Assembly: GCA_963765495.1 (NCBI GenBank)
Contig: CAVXWP010000016.1
Coordinates: 160,001 to 224,000 of the forward strand
Reading direction: 5' to 3'
DNA length: 64,000 nucleotides
Source of the DNA: Blastocatellia bacterium
GTDB taxonomy: Bacteria; Acidobacteriota; Blastocatellia; UBA7656
Shown: one piece after another, positions 1-11,050 of the stretch
Layout of the letters: each line of letters opens with the position of its first letter
How positions within the stretch are numbered: the stretch's first letter is position 1
Translations under genes and position numbers: made by a program
The notes under the pieces: model-generated
Seen by the model: the letters and a program-made list of their open reading frames with translations, nothing else
Database searches by the model: none
Told to the model about the DNA's origin: nothing

Positions 1-1
1 G

Positions 2-370
2 CCGGTTGACGATGCGAATGGAAAGTTTGCAAACGACATTATCGCTTTTCTCAAACTGGTAGGCACAAACGACACCAACATAAATATTCTGGCGAATGTC
101 GTGGTAATACACGGCGATTATCTTCGCCTCAACCTCGCCGTCCCCAACAGCGGATCGGGCGGCGGGACCAGCGCCGGAGCAGGTTATCCTAACGGGCGGC
201 GACCCGCTGATGATGTGGTTGACACGATCTTTTTCTTTGTGGCCAACCAGAATGTCTTCGGAGATTCCGTCCCGGCCAACGACGTTGCCTTTCTCGACAC
301 CTTTCCGTTTTTTGCGCCTCCTCATCAGCCGCGACCGGCGGGAACCTTAGATGACAGTACGCGCAACTGA
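2..370 (+). CDS. DUF4331-family protein, C-terminal part (5' end outside window)
   Basis: Frame is open from position 2. It carries the GYPNGRRPADDVVD and FPFFAPPH C-terminal motifs typical of DUF4331 proteins. Confidence 0.8.
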   Translation, partial: PVDDANGKFANDIIAFLKLVGTNDTNINILANVVVIHGDYLRLNLAVPNSGSGGGTSAGAGYPNGRRPADDVVDTIFFFVANQNVFGDSVPANDVAFLDTFPFFAPPHQPRPAGTLDDSTRN

Positions 371-380
371 CAAAAGACGT

Positions 381-419
381 ATAGACTACCATCCGTTCCG
401 GCACCGGATGGTAGTCTAT
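381..419 (+). terminator. Stem-loop, probable terminator
   Basis: Perfect 15-bp inverted repeat atagactaccatccg/cggatggtagtctat, starting 10 nt after the stop codon. Confidence 0.75.
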
Positions 420-478
420 TGCTGCTGCCCTGGCTTTGCGGGGCGCGATTCACATGAAAATCGGGCCGGATAAACTCG

Positions 479-507
479 TTGACTTTAAGTATGCTCTACT
501 ATAGAAT
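479..507 (+). promoter_or_regulatory. Sigma70-type promoter candidate
   Basis: TTGACT-N17-TAGAAT, near consensus, upstream of the globin gene. Confidence 0.55.
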
Positions 508-821
508 CGCGCTGGCTTGTTGGTAGGATACCCAAAAGGCAAGTAAATTCCTTTCGTGCAAAAACCAGCTTATGGTTGAGGTCATCTTCGATCAAATAAG
601 TTTCTTGCGGCTCAGGCATCCGAACTAATAATCGCAAGCGTATTTTTGCAGTCAAGTCATTCTTCAGGCGCGTCGGAGCAATATTCATACAAAAGATTGC
701 TCCGGGTTGAAATGTTGTGCAGATACAAACGAACCAAAACATCTATGAGGATATGACAAACCGATTTTCAGGCGGGACCCGAACCGCTTTGTTTTGAGAT
801 GAGAAAGGAGTGGATTCGCAC

Positions 822-1325
822 ATGCGAAAAAACCTGATCGTAGCAGCAATAGCTGTAGTCTTTGCATTCGGCTCATTCTCTGCCGCATTTGTTCGCGGGC
901 AAGAGATGAAGCACAACGACAAGAAAATGAAGCACAGCGACAAGAAGATGAAGGAAGAGTCGCTGTACAAGAGGCTGGGCGGAAAGAAATCCATTTCAGC
1001 CGTTGTGGACCAGTTTGTCGATAATGTCGCGCACGATGATCGAATCAACAAGTTTTTTGCGGACACCGCCAAAGATCCCAAACGACTGAAAAAGTTCAAA
1101 GGAAATCTGGTTGACCAGATTTGCCAGGCCAGCGGTGGACCGTGCAAGTATAAAGGCAAAAGCATGAAGGCGGCTCACGAAGGCATGGGCGTAACCGAAG
1201 CTGACTTCAACGCGCTGGTTGAAGATCTTGTTGCGGCGCTCGATAAATTCAAGGTGGGCGAAAAAGAGAAGGGCGAGCTACTGGGCGCGCTTGGACCGAT
1301 GAAGGGCGATATAGTCGAGCAATAA
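822..1325 (+). CDS. Group I truncated hemoglobin with N-terminal signal peptide
   Basis: [31 protein letters not shown] (proximal His) and [12 protein letters not shown] motifs. Hydrophobic leader; aaggag RBS upstream. Confidence 0.92.
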   Translation: MRKNLIVAAIAVVFAFGSFSAAFVRGQEMKHNDKKMKHSDKKMKEESLYKRLGGKKSISAVVDQFVDNVAHDDRINKFFADTAKDPKRLKKFKGNLVDQICQASGGPCKYKGKSMKAAHEGMGVTEADFNALVEDLVAALDKFKVGEKEKGELLGALGPMKGDIVEQ

Positions 1326-1427
1326 CCGGCTATTTGCCACATCGCCTCGGGGCGAATGGCAAAACAGAAAGCCTATCCCCTGATTGATCTGCTCGTTCGG
1401 TCTGGATGAGGGAATGATCGGGAAATG

Positions 1428-1465
1428 AAAGAGGAGTGAGGCGAAATCGTCTCACTCCTCTTTTT
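1428..1465. terminator. Bidirectional intrinsic terminator between convergent genes
   Basis: aaagaggagtgagg-cgaaatcg-tctcactcctcttttt hairpin with a T-tail. Confidence 0.8.
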
Positions 1466-1494
1466 GTATGGCAGCTTGATGCGCCGTCTTTTGC

Positions 1495-3555
1495 CTAGCG
1501 ATTCGGATGGCGCGGGAACTTTACAAAGGGCAATCTTATGCCGCGCACGAACACGCGGTCGGCGCGCATCTCAGGCGGAGACTCAAATCCCGTGCTTCCC
1601 ATGGTGGCTATGATGTCGTCCTGATCCACACCGTCGCCGCTCAACCCTATGCCCCCGGCGAGCTTTCCGTTTTTGTAAAGAGGCACGCTGCCCGGAAATA
1701 TCTGGTTTCCGTTTCCGAGATTGAAGAAAGATGTGCAAGGAAAGGCTACCGCGTTGAGCAGAGACCCGACATCCTGCCCGTTGGAATTGAGAAATCTCAG
1801 GATATTGCCGTAATACTCATCCAGCACGAGGTCGAGTTGCAGTCCATCGTGGAAAGGAGAGAAGTCTTCGATAGGCACGGAAAACGGTCCGTGCTCAGTT
1901 TCGTCAATACCGTCCGGGAAGAAAGGCCGGCTGAGGAATCCCCCCGCGCGGTCTGAAAAGGCCACAGTCCCGTCAAGACCAAGCCCGTCTGCGGCAGCCG
2001 CGTCAACATACCTGCCAAGTCCGGCCTGTCGTAGCGTTCGGCCCGCTACGGGGTTGCTGAAGAAGGCGGCTGTGCGCGCCTTTTGCGCCGAAACGTCGAA
2101 ACCGAATATAGGGGCGTCAATCGTGCTGAATATACCCAGTATGGTTCCATCGACATCAACGACGGTCATATTCACCTGTGTAGGGCTATTGAGCGGCTGG
2201 CGAATAGCCGCGCGCGTGATAAAGGCCTGGGCCGCCGCCTGGGTTATCACCTGCAATACGTCGTTGGCCGTAAGCACCGAGCCGTTCTTGAACGGGAAGA
2301 AGCGATTATCCACTCTGCCGGGCGGCACTTTATCAGGGTCTGCGCCGGGCAATGTGATGACTCTGAACCTGGACGGTTGAGCGGGCAGCACGGTTGCCGG
2401 GGCCAGAGGCAACCTGTCGGGATGAGCCGGGTCGGGGGCGTTTGTGCACGGGCCTATCAAAGAGCCGGGCAGATTATCAAACGCCTTGAGCGTAAGCGAG
2501 GCAGGCATCGGCGTGTTGACGTATGGAAACCTGATGCCGTTTACGACTATCTTGTCTCCGGTGATTGCGTCCGGGGCCTCGAAACCGCGCGATGCCGCCA
2601 CCGCTACCAGTTCTTCAACCGGCTGGTCTTTGTCTGTCGGGTCGGGGTCGAGGCTATAGACTCCGTCGCCCTCGATGCCGATTCCGCCGACCTTCAGCCC
2701 GTTCTTGTAAAGCGGTATCCCGCCCGCGTCTGCCGAGAGTCCAAGAGGCGCTCTGGCATTGACATCGCTACAGAGAAACTGCGAAAACTGCACGCCAAAC
2801 AGCGGGCCCCCGGGCTGAAAGTTTACGCCCGGAGGGAAATGCTCCTGTACGATAAAGCTTGCCGTGCGCGTGCTGAATGCGTGTCCGCCGCTGCTTAGAA
2901 ACGATCCCGTGACAGCCTTCGATATGGCAGCCGAGCAGGAAGGAACCTTGACACCCTCAAGCCCGCAATTGGGGAAATCTCCGAAACACCGGGTTCCTAT
3001 GCCTACCACTGTATTTTTGGGAGTGCCGTTCATGGTGAAGTTGGCCAGAATGTTGCCTTCCGCATCAACGACGGCTATCGAAGCTCTCAACCCGCTTGCT
3101 TCGGCCTGCGCCACGGCCTGCGCGATTATGGTCTTGACATCGCTTACGGTAAGGCGGGTGTCGTCGGCCACGCTCACGGCTATATGAGCCGTCACAAAGG
3201 AGCCGTTGGGGTTTGTGACCTTCACATCCACCCCATCGGCGATGTCGGCTTCGGCCACGCTCTTTATTACTATCTTGGTCTCGCCTTTGATCTTAGCATT
3301 GCTAAAGCTGATCGGCCCCGCCGCATTAGTGAGCGTCAGCGCCGCCCCTTTTTGAAAATTCTCTCCCTTGATCGTCAGAGCGCCTTTCCGTGGATTGAAA
3401 GAAGCTTTGTCGGAGAAGATGAGCGGAGTCGGTCCCGACTGCAACCAGGCAAGTGAATGTCCACTCAGGCACACCATACCAATCGCTAGAAAGCAACTCA
3501 GGACTATCAGCGCTCGTCTTCCTGAGCGTTTGCGCTTTACAACCATGTATCTCAT
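1495..3555 (-). CDS. Exported heme-binding protein with two GlcG/HbpS (Haem_degrading/DUF336)-like domains and an N-terminal Ig/IPT-like module
   Basis: Duplicated module: IAVVDAEG..AISKAVT..GGIPLYKNGLKVGGIGIEGDG and MTVVDVDG..SAQKARTA..GSVPLYKNGKLAGGIGLSGDG. Basic plus hydrophobic leader. Start uncertain (3558/3555/3546). Confidence 0.8.
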   Translation of the reverse strand: MRYMVVKRKRSGRRALIVLSCFLAIGMVCLSGHSLAWLQSGPTPLIFSDKASFNPRKGALTIKGENFQKGAALTLTNAAGPISFSNAKIKGETKIVIKSVAEADIADGVDVKVTNPNGSFVTAHIAVSVADDTRLTVSDVKTIIAQAVAQAEASGLRASIAVVDAEGNILANFTMNGTPKNTVVGIGTRCFGDFPNCGLEGVKVPSCSAAISKAVTGSFLSSGGHAFSTRTASFIVQEHFPPGVNFQPGGPLFGVQFSQFLCSDVNARAPLGLSADAGGIPLYKNGLKVGGIGIEGDGVYSLDPDPTDKDQPVEELVAVAASRGFEAPDAITGDKIVVNGIRFPYVNTPMPASLTLKAFDNLPGSLIGPCTNAPDPAHPDRLPLAPATVLPAQPSRFRVITLPGADPDKVPPGRVDNRFFPFKNGSVLTANDVLQVITQAAAQAFITRAAIRQPLNSPTQVNMTVVDVDGTILGIFSTIDAPIFGFDVSAQKARTAAFFSNPVAGRTLRQAGLGRYVDAAAADGLGLDGTVAFSDRAGGFLSRPFFPDGIDETEHGPFSVPIEDFSPFHDGLQLDLVLDEYYGNILRFLNSNGQDVGSLLNAVAFPCTSFFNLGNGNQIFPGSVPLYKNGKLAGGIGLSGDGVDQDDIIATMGSTGFESPPEMRADRVFVRGIRLPFVKFPRHPNR

Positions 3556-4000
3556 CATAACCTCCAAACCCGGTTTGCTTTGGTGGGTGCACTCAAGCCC
3601 CAACACAAAAGCGAGAAAATGCTTAAGGATTTTTAGCGCGGATTTTTGCCATAAGCTGTGTAACGAATCTTGAAGTCAAACGACCGCTTACTGCACCCAC
3701 TCCCTTGTTCGATTGTTCAAACGCGTTGGTTGATCAGCCTTTCTAGCCAAAAGCCTTTCGTGCAATAAGAGCCGAATATTATCTTCCTTAATACCTGCAC
3801 CGCCCAAATCCGGCTGCTTTTGGGCGGGAAGTATAGCTTATGAAAAAAAGCGTTGCAAGCGAAAAGACGAAACGCGTCTCTTTGGCCCTCGTGCGAGGTC
3901 TTTACACAGCCAAATAGACAAAGAATTTTTCTCAAAAATCTTTTCTCAGTGTTTTTGCGCAAAAGTAGCCTGTTTGGGTATTTGCGACGAACTTGCACTC

Positions 4001-4030
4001 TTGACTTTAGCTCTCCTCACATGTTATACC
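4001..4030 (+). promoter_or_regulatory. Sigma70-type promoter candidate for the cytochrome operon
   Basis: TTGACT followed 18 nt later by TATACC, with an extended -10 TG, in the AT-rich divergent intergenic region. Confidence 0.35.
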
Positions 4031-4196
4031 CTCGCCTATCGCGTTGGTTTTGACGTCAATATAGTGTTTGGATTTGCAAACGTACCGCTAAGAGTTGATT
4101 GGCCAATTGAGACAGGAACAGTTCTAACTAACCCCTTCAGTTTAGACCGCTTTGTTAAAGATAGACTCAGGGTTGGCATCTCAAGTGAGGGATCGA

Positions 4197-6551
4197 ATGA
4201 AACTGAAGCTATTCATCGTTGCACTCTATGGACTGACTATGCTCGCGCTCGCGGCCCTGTCTACGAGCACATTCGCTTATTCGGGACCGGATGAAGCGAT
4301 TCAAAGCGAGGGTGAGCGAGTCGCCGTCAGATTCGACATTACAGGCAGACGCGGGCTGGTCATGTTTGACCACAAGCAACACGAGGCCCTGATAAACCCC
4401 GATCCGATCTTCCCTCACAAGACGCCGACCGGAGTCGCATGCATTGGGTGTCATCACACGGTCAAGGACATCACAGATCCAAAAGATTTTCAAAAATGCA
4501 CAAATTGTCACAAAGACCCCGGCAATCCCATAAACCCCGATGACAAGGAAGGCTTTGACCTGAACTCGATGCAGGCGTTTCACCGCCTCTGCATCAGTTG
4601 TCACAGGGCCTCGGCGGATGAGGATTTCAGAGCCGCAAGCGACAGATTCAAAGCCAAGAACGTGCGATTTGCCAATGTCGAGCGAACCATCAAATTTACA
4701 AAGTGCGGCGAGTGCCACGACCGCGACGCCACCTTTACTCCTGTAGCCGGAGAGGTGCTCGCTCAGCCTTCGCCCGACGATTCGCCCGATTTCGCACTGA
4801 GACTGAATCGCGCTCCGGCCCCGAGCGAAATCTTTAAGACGCCCTCAAATCCGCAGCTTGGATTCTCAGGGCCGTCAAGCATCGACAGACAGGAACAGAC
4901 CTCGGCCGATGCCGTGCAGGTTCCCGACCGCTGGCGCATAGGCTTTCCCGATGACCCGCGCTACAAACGCGGCGCGTGGTATAACCCCTATCGCCAGAAC
5001 ATCCTCAAAGGCGATTACCCGATCTTCAAGCAGCACAATTTCATGGTTCTGACGCTTGAAAGCGAGACCCTCGTCACCGCCAGGCGCATCCCTGTTCCAA
5101 GCAACGTCAGCGCGCAGAGACCCGATTCCGAAGAGTTCTTTGGCCGGGGCGGGCAAATCTTTACCCGGGAAAATTTCGTCGCCTCGATAGAGATTTTCCA
5201 CGGCGACACCTCCTATAAGCCTATTGATTGGAGATTCCGCTTCACGCCAAACTTCAACATCAATCACCTGAACACGCAGGAGAACTCTCTGGTCAACATC
5301 AACCCGGCTTTTGGAGCAAATCGGCTTGACGGCTATGTGGGATTTCAAGAGCTTTTCGGTGAAATGAGGCTCGGAGACACGACCAAACTACTTCCGTTCC
5401 TCAGAGGCCGGGGAAGCCAGAAAGGCGAAAGCCCGTACTTCGACACCACGTTTATCCGAGTGGGTATACAACAGTTCCAGAGCGATTTCCGGGGATTCAT
5501 CTTCAACGATTTCAACCTCGGAGCGCGACTCTTCGGACAGGCGGCAAATAACCACTACAACTTCAACGCGGCCTATTTTTACCTGCTTGAGAAAGACACA
5601 AACAGCGAATTGAACACCCGCGTAAACCTCGGCGAGTTCAGAGACCAGTCGCTGTTTATCGCCAACGTCTACAAGCAGGACACGATCTGGAAAGGCTACC
5701 AGACACAATTCAGCTTTCACTTCAACAACGACCGCCCGAGCAGGCACTTCGACGAAAACGATTTCCTTGTGCGCCCCGCCCTTATCGGAGACGCGGCCCC
5801 GCACGGAATCAAGTCTTACTACCTGGGATTTACGGGCGACGGCCACATAGGAAAGCTCAACATAGATCACGCCTTCTATCAGGTTCTGGGCCACGACACG
5901 CGCAATCCGATTGCCGGGCGCGAGGTTGACATAAACGCTCAGATGGCCGCAGCCGAGCTTTCTATTGATCGAGACTGGCTCAGGTTCAAAGGGTCGCTCT
6001 TCTTCGCTTCGGGCGATAAGAAACCCTTTGACGGCACGGCCCGTGGCTTTGATTCGATTGTGGATTTGCCGGAATTTGCGGGAGGCAAATTCAGCTTCTG
6101 GCAATTCAACCCCATCCCCTTCACAAACACGGCTGTACTTTTGACCCAGCCCGAAAGCCTGCTGCCGAACCTTCGCAGCAGCAAGACCGAAGGACAATCC
6201 AACTTTGTCAACCCCGGCATCTTCATCTACAACGTGGGAATCGAGGCGGAGATGACGCCAAAGCTCCGGGGCATCCTGAACCTGAATTACTCGCATTTTC
6301 ATCACACCGAAACGCTCGAACAACTGGAATTCCAACCGGGCATCCGCCGCGACATAGGGATTGATTACGGCGTTGGGGTACTGTATCGCCCGCTTTTGAA
6401 CGAGAACATCGTCATTGCAGGCGGGTTCTCGTCGCTGATCCCCGGCAAGGGGTTCGAAGACATCTATAGCTCTAACTGTAGCGGACAAAATTGCGGGTTC
6501 GCCACGAAGACCCTGTTTTCGACCTTTGTGAAGGTGAAAGTCATTTACTGA
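4197..6551 (+). CDS. Tetraheme cytochrome c3-like domain fused to an outer-membrane beta-barrel
   Basis: Signal peptide; FDHKQH plus CIGCHH, CTNCH, CISCH, CGECH. Then about 500 aa of amphipathic alternating beta-strands ending in aromatic C-terminal VKVKVIY. Confidence 0.8.
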   Translation: MKLKLFIVALYGLTMLALAALSTSTFAYSGPDEAIQSEGERVAVRFDITGRRGLVMFDHKQHEALINPDPIFPHKTPTGVACIGCHHTVKDITDPKDFQKCTNCHKDPGNPINPDDKEGFDLNSMQAFHRLCISCHRASADEDFRAASDRFKAKNVRFANVERTIKFTKCGECHDRDATFTPVAGEVLAQPSPDDSPDFALRLNRAPAPSEIFKTPSNPQLGFSGPSSIDRQEQTSADAVQVPDRWRIGFPDDPRYKRGAWYNPYRQNILKGDYPIFKQHNFMVLTLESETLVTARRIPVPSNVSAQRPDSEEFFGRGGQIFTRENFVASIEIFHGDTSYKPIDWRFRFTPNFNINHLNTQENSLVNINPAFGANRLDGYVGFQELFGEMRLGDTTKLLPFLRGRGSQKGESPYFDTTFIRVGIQQFQSDFRGFIFNDFNLGARLFGQAANNHYNFNAAYFYLLEKDTNSELNTRVNLGEFRDQSLFIANVYKQDTIWKGYQTQFSFHFNNDRPSRHFDENDFLVRPALIGDAAPHGIKSYYLGFTGDGHIGKLNIDHAFYQVLGHDTRNPIAGREVDINAQMAAAELSIDRDWLRFKGSLFFASGDKKPFDGTARGFDSIVDLPEFAGGKFSFWQFNPIPFTNTAVLLTQPESLLPNLRSSKTEGQSNFVNPGIFIYNVGIEAEMTPKLRGILNLNYSHFHHTETLEQLEFQPGIRRDIGIDYGVGVLYRPLLNENIVIAGGFSSLIPGKGFEDIYSSNCSGQNCGFATKTLFSTFVKVKVIY

Positions 6552-6594
6552 TTTCGACAAGGCGTTGTGTAGTCATTCGCGTTGGGAGATAGAG

Positions 6595-9500
6595 ATGAAC
6601 GTACGTACCAGTAGCGGTCTCAAACTGTCGTTGATCCTGTTGGCAGTCTGCCTTTACACCTTTATCAGTTTCGCCGACACAACCCCCTCTGCGCGGCCTG
6701 CTTCTCCGGCAAAAGAGACCGGCAAGACGAAGGCAACCGATACGAAAGCGACTGAGGCGAAGGCAACTGAGGCGAAGGCAACTGAGGCGAAGGCCGCGGC
6801 GAAGGATTCGGCCAGTAATTCTGCTTCGGCGAAAAAGGATACCGGGAAGGAGTCAAAAGCCCCGGCCTCTGCCGCGCAAAACGCAGGTGGCGCCAAACTC
6901 TGGGGCATGACCAAAGAAGAGGCCGACCGCCGCAGCGCGGGCTGCAATGACTGCCACACCGGTATCGAAGACATGCACAACGGGGCGATAAACCTCGGCT
7001 GCATTGACTGCCACGGCGGCAACGCGGATGTCCGGGCGCAGGGCCTCTCGATGGGGTCAGCCCCCTACAACGAGGCGAAAAAACAGGCGCACGTTCAGCC
7101 GCGCCTCCCCGATCTCTGGAAGACCTCCGCCAATCCCGAACGGTCTTATACAGCCATACTCAGAGAGAGCCAGGAGTATGTTCAGTTCGTCAACCCCGGC
7201 GATCTGCGCGTTGCGCGCCGAAGCTGCGGGGTAGCCGAATGCCACCCCGGCGATGTGCACAACGTCAAGAAGAGCATGATGACTACGGGCAGCATGCTCT
7301 GGGGCGCGGCGCTCTACAACAACGGGTCGTTCCCGTTCAAGGATGCTCAATACGGCGAAAGCTATGACGAGGACGGCAAGCCTCAACGCCTGCAAACGGT
7401 CCCTTCTCCCACGCCCGAAGAGACTCACAAAAAAGGCATTCTCCCCTTTATAGACCCGATGCCCAGATGGGAAGTCTCTCAGATGGGAAACATACTGAGG
7501 ACATTCGAGCGCGGCGGGCGCAAGTCCGCAGAGATAGGCAATCCCCAGCCGGAAGAGCCTCCGGGAAAGCCCACGCAAAACCTTCTGAGCCTCAGAGGGT
7601 TGGGAACCCTGCTCGCCACAGACCCGACCTTTATCGGTCTGCAAAAGACTCGCCTGCTCGACCCGACGCTTAATTTCATGGGGACCAATGACCAGCCGGG
7701 TGACTATCGCTCAAGCGGCTGCACCTCCTGTCACGTCATCTATGCCAATGACCGCGACCCTTACCATTCGGGGCCGTTCGCAAAATACGGCCACACAGGG
7801 TTAAGCGCCAGCGCCGACCCGACCATCCCGAAAAACGAATCGGGGCACCCGATAAAGCACCAGTTTACGCGAGCCATTCCGAGCAGCCAGTGCGTGGTCT
7901 GTCACATGCACCCCGGCACGCTCGTGCTGATGACCTACTACGGCACGATGTGGTGGGATCTTGAGACGGACGGCGAGAAGATGTATCCCAAAGAGCACAA
8001 AGAACTGAGCGCGGAAGAGGAACGAACCATCCTCCAGCGGAACCCGGAAGCGTCGTCGCTCAGGGGTAAATGGGGCGATCCCGAGTTTCTTAGGAACCTC
8101 CGCGAAGAGGTCAATCCCGATCTCAAACACACGCAGTTTGCCGACTTCAACGGTCACGGATGGGTCTATCGAACCACATTCAAAATGGACCGTAAGGGAA
8201 ATTATCTGGATGCCAACGGCGATATCGTCAAGGATGTAACATCGGAAAAACTCAAGAAGGCCGTCGAAGACCCTTATGATGAAAACGCCGATCGCTCAGG
8301 GATTCCCGTTCATCTGAAAGACATTCACCTCGAACGCGGGATGCACTGCATAGACTGTCACTTCCGACGCGACAGCCACGGGAACGGAAATCTCTACAGC
8401 GGGCCTCGCAACGCCATAGAGATTTCATGCGAAGACTGTCACGGCACTATAGACAAACGCGCCGACCCGACATCTCTTGATGCGCGAACATCGGCAGCCG
8501 CGGGCGGCAACCGCATGCTCGAATACCGCAAGGTCTCTCCGCTCGGCGATAACCCGGCCTTAAAGAAAGACAGGTTTTTCAAGAAAGACGGCAAGCTTTT
8601 CCAGCGATCGGCGGTCGAAGCCGACAAGACGTGGGAGGTTAAACAGCTTGTTGACATAATCACGCCGGGCAACCCCGAATACAACGAGAAGGCGGCGCTT
8701 GCCAAGACCGTGCTAAAGGACGGAAAGACCTGGGGCACGGTGCCCGCAGATGATCGCAATCTCGCGCACGCAAACAGCAAGATGACATGTTTTGCGTGTC
8801 ACATGTCGTGGACGCCAAGCTGTTTCGGATGTCACCTGAAGCAGACCGCAAATCAACAGCGCGCGATGCTGCACAACGAAGGCGATGAGGAACTGCGAAA
8901 TTATGTGACCTATAATTTCCAGACCCTCCGCGACGATGTCTTCATGCTTGGGAAAGACGGCACGGTAACAGGCAAACGGTTTGCGCCCATCAGATCGGCA
9001 TGCGCCGTTCTGGTCAGTTCCAGAAACGCCCTTCGCGAATACCTCTACTGGCAGCAGCAGACCGTATCTCAGGAAGGCTACAGCGGGCAGGCGTTCAGTT
9101 CTCACTTCCCGCACACGGTCAGGACCACCGAGACAAAAGGATGCACCGATTGCCATCTGTCTAAGGAAAATGACAACAACGCATACATGGCCATGGTGTT
9201 GATGCAGGGGACGAATTTCTATAACTGGATAGGGCGATACGTCTATGTCGCCACAGGCGAAGGCGGTTATTCGGCCATCGTCGCCACCGAGCGCGAGGAA
9301 CCGCAGGCCGTCATCGGCAGCCATCTGCATAAACTGGCCTTCCCCGAGGAGTACAAGAAACACCAGGAAGACCACGAGGAGCTTCACGAATTTTACGAGC
9401 ATCCGGGCAACGATATAGGCAACTCGCTCAAGCTTTTCGGCAAGGACAAGACCGAAGTGCAAAGCCTTCAGCTTCGCGGCGAATACCTTTATGCCGCGAC

Positions 9501-10944
9501 CGGAGAGGGTGGCTTCCGCATCTATGACGTTGCAAATATCGACCAGAAGGGATTCTCTGAAAGAATGACCACGGCTCCGTTCTCGCCGATGGGACAGAAA
9601 TTCTATATAAAGTCGAAGTACGCGACCGCCATCGCATCGCCGTCAACACTTGCGGTTGACCCGACGGCGACCGTGGGCGAAGTCCTGAAAGAGAAGACGC
9701 GCCGCATCTACCGGCCCGAAAACGACGAAGGAAAGTATCGCGACGACGGGCAGTTGATACCCGCGCTTTACGGCTTCCTCTACGGCACGGACAGGTACGA
9801 GGGGCTTGTGGTCATAGGCAACCCGCTCACCGAAAAGAAAAAAGGACCGGGCGTGGCCACATTGCTCGACGGCGACCCGAACAACAACTTTATCAAGCGC
9901 GCTCTGGCCTTCAATCCTGACGGCCTGCTCAACGGGGCCAACAACATCGTCATCGCGGGTTTCCACGCCTACATAACCTGCGATAAGGGGCTGGTTATCA
10001 TAGACCTTCACGACCCGCTCAAGCCAAAAGTTGTGGGGCAGATCGGAGAGCCGTTTATAAAGAAACCGCGAGCCGTGCAGATACAATTTCGCTACGGTTT
10101 CGTCTGCGACGAGGAAGGCGTAAAGGTCATTGACGTGACCGATCCCGATCACGTTCGTCCGGTCGAAGGCGCGGTCGTGCGGCTCGAAGATGCCCGAAAC
10201 ATCTACCCCGTCAGGACCTATGCTTACGTAGCAGGCGGCAAACAGGGGCTTGTCATTCTCGACATCGAAAACCCGGAAAAGCCGAAACTCGATCAGGTCT
10301 ATAACGCCGACGGGCAGATCAACGATACAAACGATGTGAAGGTGGGCATGACAAACGTGAGCCTGTTTGCTTATCTGGCCGATGGTCACAACGGGTTGCA
10401 GGTAGTTCAACTGATCTCGCCCGAAGATACGCCCGGCCATTACGGGTTCAGCCCCCGCCCGACCCCGCATCTGATCGCGCATCATCACACGCACGAACCG
10501 GCCCTCGCCATAAGCGAAGGGATAGACCGCGACCGCGCCGTGGATGAAAGCGGCAATCAGCTTTCCGTGTTTGGCCGCAGAGGCGCTCGTCCGATGAACC
10601 TCGAAGAACAGCATCGAATGTATATGAAAGACGGGAAGCTCTTTTCCTTCCCCGAAATCAAAGACAGCAACATCAAAAACAACAAAGACATCCGAGACTA
10701 CTTCGGGCCGCCGCCGCTAAACGAGTCGGCCGGTGGCAGCGGGTCGAAACCTGAGGCCCCGAAGGGTACTCAAAAAGAAGAGAAAAAATCGGAAGCCGCT
10801 TCCGGTCACAGTCCGGGACAGGCGCGCCTGGTCGAGCCTGACCAGATCAGGCCAAACGATTCAGCGGAATTGTTCGGGCTTGCGGGTCTGTTTTTGCCGC
10901 TGGCAATAACTCTGTTCCAACAGCGTAGGCGCAACAAAAAGTGA
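6595..10944 (+). CDS. Large exported multiheme cytochrome c (9 CXXCH + 1 CX4CH) with C-terminal LVIVD-repeat beta-propeller and C-terminal membrane anchor
   Basis: CNDCH, CIDCH, CGVAECH, CTSCH, CVVCH, CIDCH, CEDCH, CFACH, CFGCH, CTDCH. Repeats such as [22 protein letters not shown] and [13 protein letters not shown]. Tail [24 protein letters not shown]. Confidence 0.88.
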   Translation: MNVRTSSGLKLSLILLAVCLYTFISFADTTPSARPASPAKETGKTKATDTKATEAKATEAKATEAKAAAKDSASNSASAKKDTGKESKAPASAAQNAGGAKLWGMTKEEADRRSAGCNDCHTGIEDMHNGAINLGCIDCHGGNADVRAQGLSMGSAPYNEAKKQAHVQPRLPDLWKTSANPERSYTAILRESQEYVQFVNPGDLRVARRSCGVAECHPGDVHNVKKSMMTTGSMLWGAALYNNGSFPFKDAQYGESYDEDGKPQRLQTVPSPTPEETHKKGILPFIDPMPRWEVSQMGNILRTFERGGRKSAEIGNPQPEEPPGKPTQNLLSLRGLGTLLATDPTFIGLQKTRLLDPTLNFMGTNDQPGDYRSSGCTSCHVIYANDRDPYHSGPFAKYGHTGLSASADPTIPKNESGHPIKHQFTRAIPSSQCVVCHMHPGTLVLMTYYGTMWWDLETDGEKMYPKEHKELSAEEERTILQRNPEASSLRGKWGDPEFLRNLREEVNPDLKHTQFADFNGHGWVYRTTFKMDRKGNYLDANGDIVKDVTSEKLKKAVEDPYDENADRSGIPVHLKDIHLERGMHCIDCHFRRDSHGNGNLYSGPRNAIEISCEDCHGTIDKRADPTSLDARTSAAAGGNRMLEYRKVSPLGDNPALKKDRFFKKDGKLFQRSAVEADKTWEVKQLVDIITPGNPEYNEKAALAKTVLKDGKTWGTVPADDRNLAHANSKMTCFACHMSWTPSCFGCHLKQTANQQRAMLHNEGDEELRNYVTYNFQTLRDDVFMLGKDGTVTGKRFAPIRSACAVLVSSRNALREYLYWQQQTVSQEGYSGQAFSSHFPHTVRTTETKGCTDCHLSKENDNNAYMAMVLMQGTNFYNWIGRYVYVATGEGGYSAIVATEREEPQAVIGSHLHKLAFPEEYKKHQEDHEELHEFYEHPGNDIGNSLKLFGKDKTEVQSLQLRGEYLYAATGEGGFRIYDVANIDQKGFSERMTTAPFSPMGQKFYIKSKYATAIASPSTLAVDPTATVGEVLKEKTRRIYRPENDEGKYRDDGQLIPALYGFLYGTDRYEGLVVIGNPLTEKKKGPGVATLLDGDPNNNFIKRALAFNPDGLLNGANNIVIAGFHAYITCDKGLVIIDLHDPLKPKVVGQIGEPFIKKPRAVQIQFRYGFVCDEEGVKVIDVTDPDHVRPVEGAVVRLEDARNIYPVRTYAYVAGGKQGLVILDIENPEKPKLDQVYNADGQINDTNDVKVGMTNVSLFAYLADGHNGLQVVQLISPEDTPGHYGFSPRPTPHLIAHHHTHEPALAISEGIDRDRAVDESGNQLSVFGRRGARPMNLEEQHRMYMKDGKLFSFPEIKDSNIKNNKDIRDYFGPPPLNESAGGSGSKPEAPKGTQKEEKKSEAASGHSPGQARLVEPDQIRPNDSAELFGLAGLFLPLAITLFQQRRRNKK
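6727..6795 (+). repeat. 15-bp coding tandem repeat (KATEA pentapeptide linker)
   Basis: About four copies of (a)aggcaactgaggcga encoding [10 protein letters not shown]. Confidence 0.85.
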
Positions 10945-11035
10945 CTCGTGATTCGTGATTGACCAAACTTGCAAGATGCCTTTGACATGCAGGCTTCTTA
11001 AAAGTCACGAATCACGAATCACTCTTCACGCATCA
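10941..11035. repeat. Inverted heptamer-array element, family A copy 1
   Basis: (tcgtga.)n-core-(tcacgaa)n. Overlaps the TGA stop at 10942-10944. Confidence 0.8.
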
Positions 11036-11050
11036 GATCGAGGGATTGAT

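Noticed and set aside
3610-4196. CRP/FNR site in the divergent promoter
   Set aside because: No convincing TGTGA-N6-TCACA or TTGAT-N4-ATCAA was found by eye. Only short palindromes (ttgacgtcaa, attggccaat) are present, which could be chance.
5388-6560. 390-aa minus-strand ORF
   Set aside because: Antisense shadow of the beta-barrel gene, with no recognisable motifs.
10955-11050. N-terminal extension of the tetraheme ORF; likewise 35108-35197 of the HAD ORF
   Set aside because: These extensions translate the heptamer repeat elements. The true starts lie downstream, with better RBS or domain boundaries.
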